DNA from: Owenia fusiformis
Lineage: Eukaryota
Direction: 5' to 3'
DNA length: 64,000 nucleotides
Assembly: GCA_903813345.2 (NCBI GenBank)
Contig: CAIIXF020000001.1
Span: 46,066,001-46,130,000 of the forward strand
The position numbers and the translations under genes are program-made. Under the pieces are notes generated by a model that saw nothing but the letters and a program-made list of their open reading frames with translations, ran no database searches and was not told where the DNA came from. This document shows positions 62,912-64,000 of the stretch, piece by piece (within the stretch, counting starts at the first letter, position 1; each line of letters starts with the position of its first letter).

Positions 62912-64000
62912 CTGAAATATCATTAAACTTCAATATGTGTCACCATCTGTGTTGCATTGAGTAATACTTAGAAATGAAATTTTCTAAAATCTTTTCAATA
63001 TCCAGCCCCCAACATGTTGGAAATAGGCATGACTGCACTGAATGAAAATTGTTGTAAGGCATGGCAGTGTCATGGTATAAACACTGCGGCAAGCAGAATG
63101 AATAATCAAAAATTGTTGAATGTAGTCCCCCTTTCAACATCGATGAATTCAATTTTATTTTAAAATATTATTATGAAATATTTAGTCTTCTAGGTTTCCA
63201 AATCAAAATTCATGATGAAATCTCGTGAAAAAAAATTTTAGTCAAAGTTTTGTTGATATTAGTTCACTGCACTTGGGGTTATCGATTAATATGTGCAATG
63301 CAACCAATCACTTTCTCTTGATTTCCCAATCACGTGGTACAAGCAGAGGCGAATATTTGTCCGCACTTCCACGTATGGGAGTATACATCCTGGTCACTAC
63401 AATGGCAAAATCTATGAATATTTGTGATGTTATGACGGTTTTGTTGAGATGGATATTTCTGAAACATTAGCAATTTTTCAGTCACAATTTCAAAGGGCTG
63501 AAAAAGTTATTTCATCATGTTTAGGGTCATTCTGACCATGGCCATTGTGATCCTGGTCATGTGAATGATATGTAGAACTAGTTAAACTGACTGGAGGTCA
63601 GAACAGAACTCTGCTATCTTGGTTCAAAAACTGTTTGAAATCCAGCATGGTTTTGTCACTTCCTGTTTTGTCATTTCATGTTAACTTCCATGGCACTTAA
63701 AGGCGTCTGAACACAATACTCCTATTCGTGATAAGAGTTCAGATGGTAATTTACATAAATATATCCCACGATGCATCGCTTTGGAAGGGACAATTTTCAT
63801 TGGCCCACCGAACTAATCGATTACTCTGAACGAAACATCCGGAGATTGCAAAGTCAAAGGTCACAATCCGCTAATTTCATTGCTCGAGGATTACATCATA
63901 GCGTATGTATAACATCATATTGGCGGAAGATTGCTCGAACAAAATTTGTGAATTCTGATAAAACTAGTGTGAATCTTGACAAAAAAATCTGTTCAATAAT

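Noticed and set aside
57459..64000. Intronic snoRNAs in EIF3H
   Set aside because: No properly spaced C/D boxes with a terminal stem were found by eye; an Infernal/snoscan run would be needed.

Overview
AT-rich animal genomic DNA with spliceosomal GT-AG introns. The gene style and repeat content suggest a marine invertebrate, probably a lophotrochozoan; this is an inference and the species cannot be named. Four conserved genes were rebuilt exon by exon with consistent splice phases: MRPL15 (+, 31166-36634, 4 exons, 294 aa), PITHD1 (-, 46426-38844, 6 exons, 208 aa), an SPSB3/SP555-like SPRY-SOCS box gene (+, 52112-52930, one coding exon) and EIF3H (-, 62911-57234, 6 exons, first exon not found in the window). 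At the left edge is an uncharacterised minus-strand gene with a double FGK motif and tandemly duplicated symmetric exons, downstream of paired inverted ZNF143/Staf-like sites. A 500-N gap follows, then about 28 kb with no recognisable gene. Introns and intergenic DNA are packed with non-autonomous DNA transposons whose apparent target-site duplications (TSDs) are 2, 4, 5, 6, 7 and 12 bp, including two nested stacks. Also present are Helentron/HINE-like elements, minisatellites, and decayed Tc1/mariner, AcademH-like helicase and LINE fragments. No CRISPR array, rRNA or intact tRNA was seen. All assignments were made by eye, without database searches.
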